A stretch of DNA of 64,000 nucleotides from an uncultured Actinomycetes bacterium (GTDB lineage Bacteria > Actinomycetota > JAICYB01). Location of the stretch: positions 4,364 through 68,363 of the forward strand of contig CAVXYW010000001.1 in the NCBI GenBank assembly GCA_963766295.1, written 5' to 3'. The notes under the pieces are model-generated. The model did no database searches, was not told the DNA's origin, and worked only from the letters and a program-made list of their open reading frames with translations. Below are positions 63,104-64,000 of the stretch, piece after piece (within the stretch, counting starts at the first letter, position 1; each line of letters opens with the position of its first letter). The translations under genes and the position numbers were made by a program.

Positions 63104-64000
63104 TCAAACACGACTCAGATCTAACACTCCGTGCACCGGCGGGGGCTCGTCGCTCTCGCCGGCCATCAGCTCGAGCAGCTCTACGGCGCCGTCCAAGCGG
63201 GCTGTGCGCCTTGGGAGTCCGTCAAATGGGTGACGCCCGGACGCCAGGATCTCCAGAGCTCGGCGGTAAGCCGGGCCGTCAACGCCCAAGGCGCCGATGA
63301 TGTTGATCTCCTTGTAGACGATCAGATCGGGCCAGAAACCGGGCGTTTCACTCGTGCCGCGCGTCCCGGCCATGACCACAGTGCCGTTGGATCGCACCAG
63401 GGACAGAGCTTGGGCAAGAGCGTCGGGGGCCTTGGCGGTTACGTCGATCACGACGTCGGCTAAGGCCCCACCCGTCGCTTCGCGCAGGGCCTGCACGGGG
63501 TCATCGGAGCGGACATCGCAGACGACGTCTGCTCCGAATACCCCTGCCTGCTCGAGGCGAGGCTGATCGTGCGGCCCGGCCCCCGTGACCATCACAAGCC
63601 CGGCACCCGCTTCCTTCACGGCAACGAGGGCCGAGATGCCACGGATGCCGGGACCAAGGATGGCGACCACGTCGCCCTCCTTGGTTCCCGGCACAGTGAC
63701 CCCCCAGCGCACGCCGGCGCCGAGTGGGTTGAAGAGCGTTGCTTGGATCGGGTCGAGGCTCTCCGGAACTTTGTGAAGGATCGTGTCACCAGCGAGGTAT
63801 TGATGCGTCGCGTACCCGCCCCACAGACCGGGCGACTTGTCGACCGAGATGAAGCCGTACATGTCACGCAGACCGTGTCGCCGGCAGCGGTTGTAAGCGC
63901 CGGCGCGGCACTCGTCACATTCCCGGCACGAAAGGAACACCTCGACGGCGACTCGGTCGCCTTCATTCACTTGCCAGCGCTTCGAAGCTGCGGAGCCGAT
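63104..64000 (-). CDS. zinc-dependent (MDR family) alcohol dehydrogenase; N-terminus outside the window
   Basis: The frame stays open to nt 64000 (IGSAASKRWQVNEGDRVAVE...). The structural-zinc motif CRECDECRAGAYNRC and the NAD-binding motif ILGPGIRGISALV are present. Confidence 0.8.
   Translation of the reverse strand: MGSAASKRWQVNEGDRVAVEVFLSCRECDECRAGAYNRCRRHGLRDMYGFISVDKSPGLWGGYATHQYLAGDTILHKVPESLDPIQATLFNPLGAGVRWGVTVPGTKEGDVVAILGPGIRGISALVAVKEAGAGLVMVTGAGPHDQPRLEQAGVFGADVVCDVRSDDPVQALREATGGALADVVIDVTAKAPDALAQALSLVRSNGTVVMAGTRGTSETPGFWPDLIVYKEINIIGALGVDGPAYRRALEILASGRHPFDGLPRRTARLDGAVELLELMAGESDEPPPVHGVLDLSRV

Overview
A 64-kb, high-G+C, densely coding chromosomal segment that reads like an actinobacterial genome; the class cannot be determined by eye. 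I count about 55 protein genes, tRNA-Ala(CGC), tRNA-Arg(CCU) and a 5'-half tRNA-Arg fragment. I see no rRNA, no CRISPR array, and no recognisable transposase, integrase or phage gene.

Gene content:
- Two branched-chain-amino-acid-type (Liv-like) ABC transporter loci with unusual domain fusions (16.0-24.5 kb and 55.2-61.4 kb).
- Acyl-CoA dehydrogenases, a thioesterase, WS/DGAT, a DUF2961/GH172 protein with an aldo-keto reductase, and a TetR-LLM oxidoreductase-ABC-2 exporter group.
- A MoeA(Glp)-like gene with a SepX/GlpR-like membrane protein.
- galU, an FBP aldolase/phosphatase-like gene, an FmdB zinc ribbon, mtnP and uppP.
- A PilB/GspE-like ATPase followed by nucleotide-sugar genes (uxs, ugd).
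- purT, a beta-carbonic anhydrase, an ABC-F protein, two class III nucleotide cyclases and a sulfotransferase.

Most worth follow-up:
1. A TasA/camelysin-like subunit gene followed by a SipW-type signal peptidase. That ORF continues in frame into a second SipW-class signal peptide plus an FN3 domain (39.7-41.6 kb).
2. A 1350-aa anchored extracellular protein built from an unrecognised ~190-aa repeat, in visibly lower-GC DNA (45.5-49.6 kb).
3. A ~290-nt (~320 with the terminator) tetraloop-rich, GA-rich candidate structured RNA between convergent genes (38.0-38.4 kb).
4. A 62-bp duplication of the upstream region plus 5' half of tRNA-Arg bracketing a hydrolase-cyclase gene (53.3-55.0 kb).
5. 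A 50-bp nested palindrome in the divergent promoter region of Liv locus 1.
6. At least four genes broken by single frame shifts outside homopolymers (pseudogenes or assembly indels).

Limits: all functional calls come from recognising motifs and families by eye in the supplied translations. No searches or computations were run. Many starts are GTG/TTG and several were reassigned by hand.
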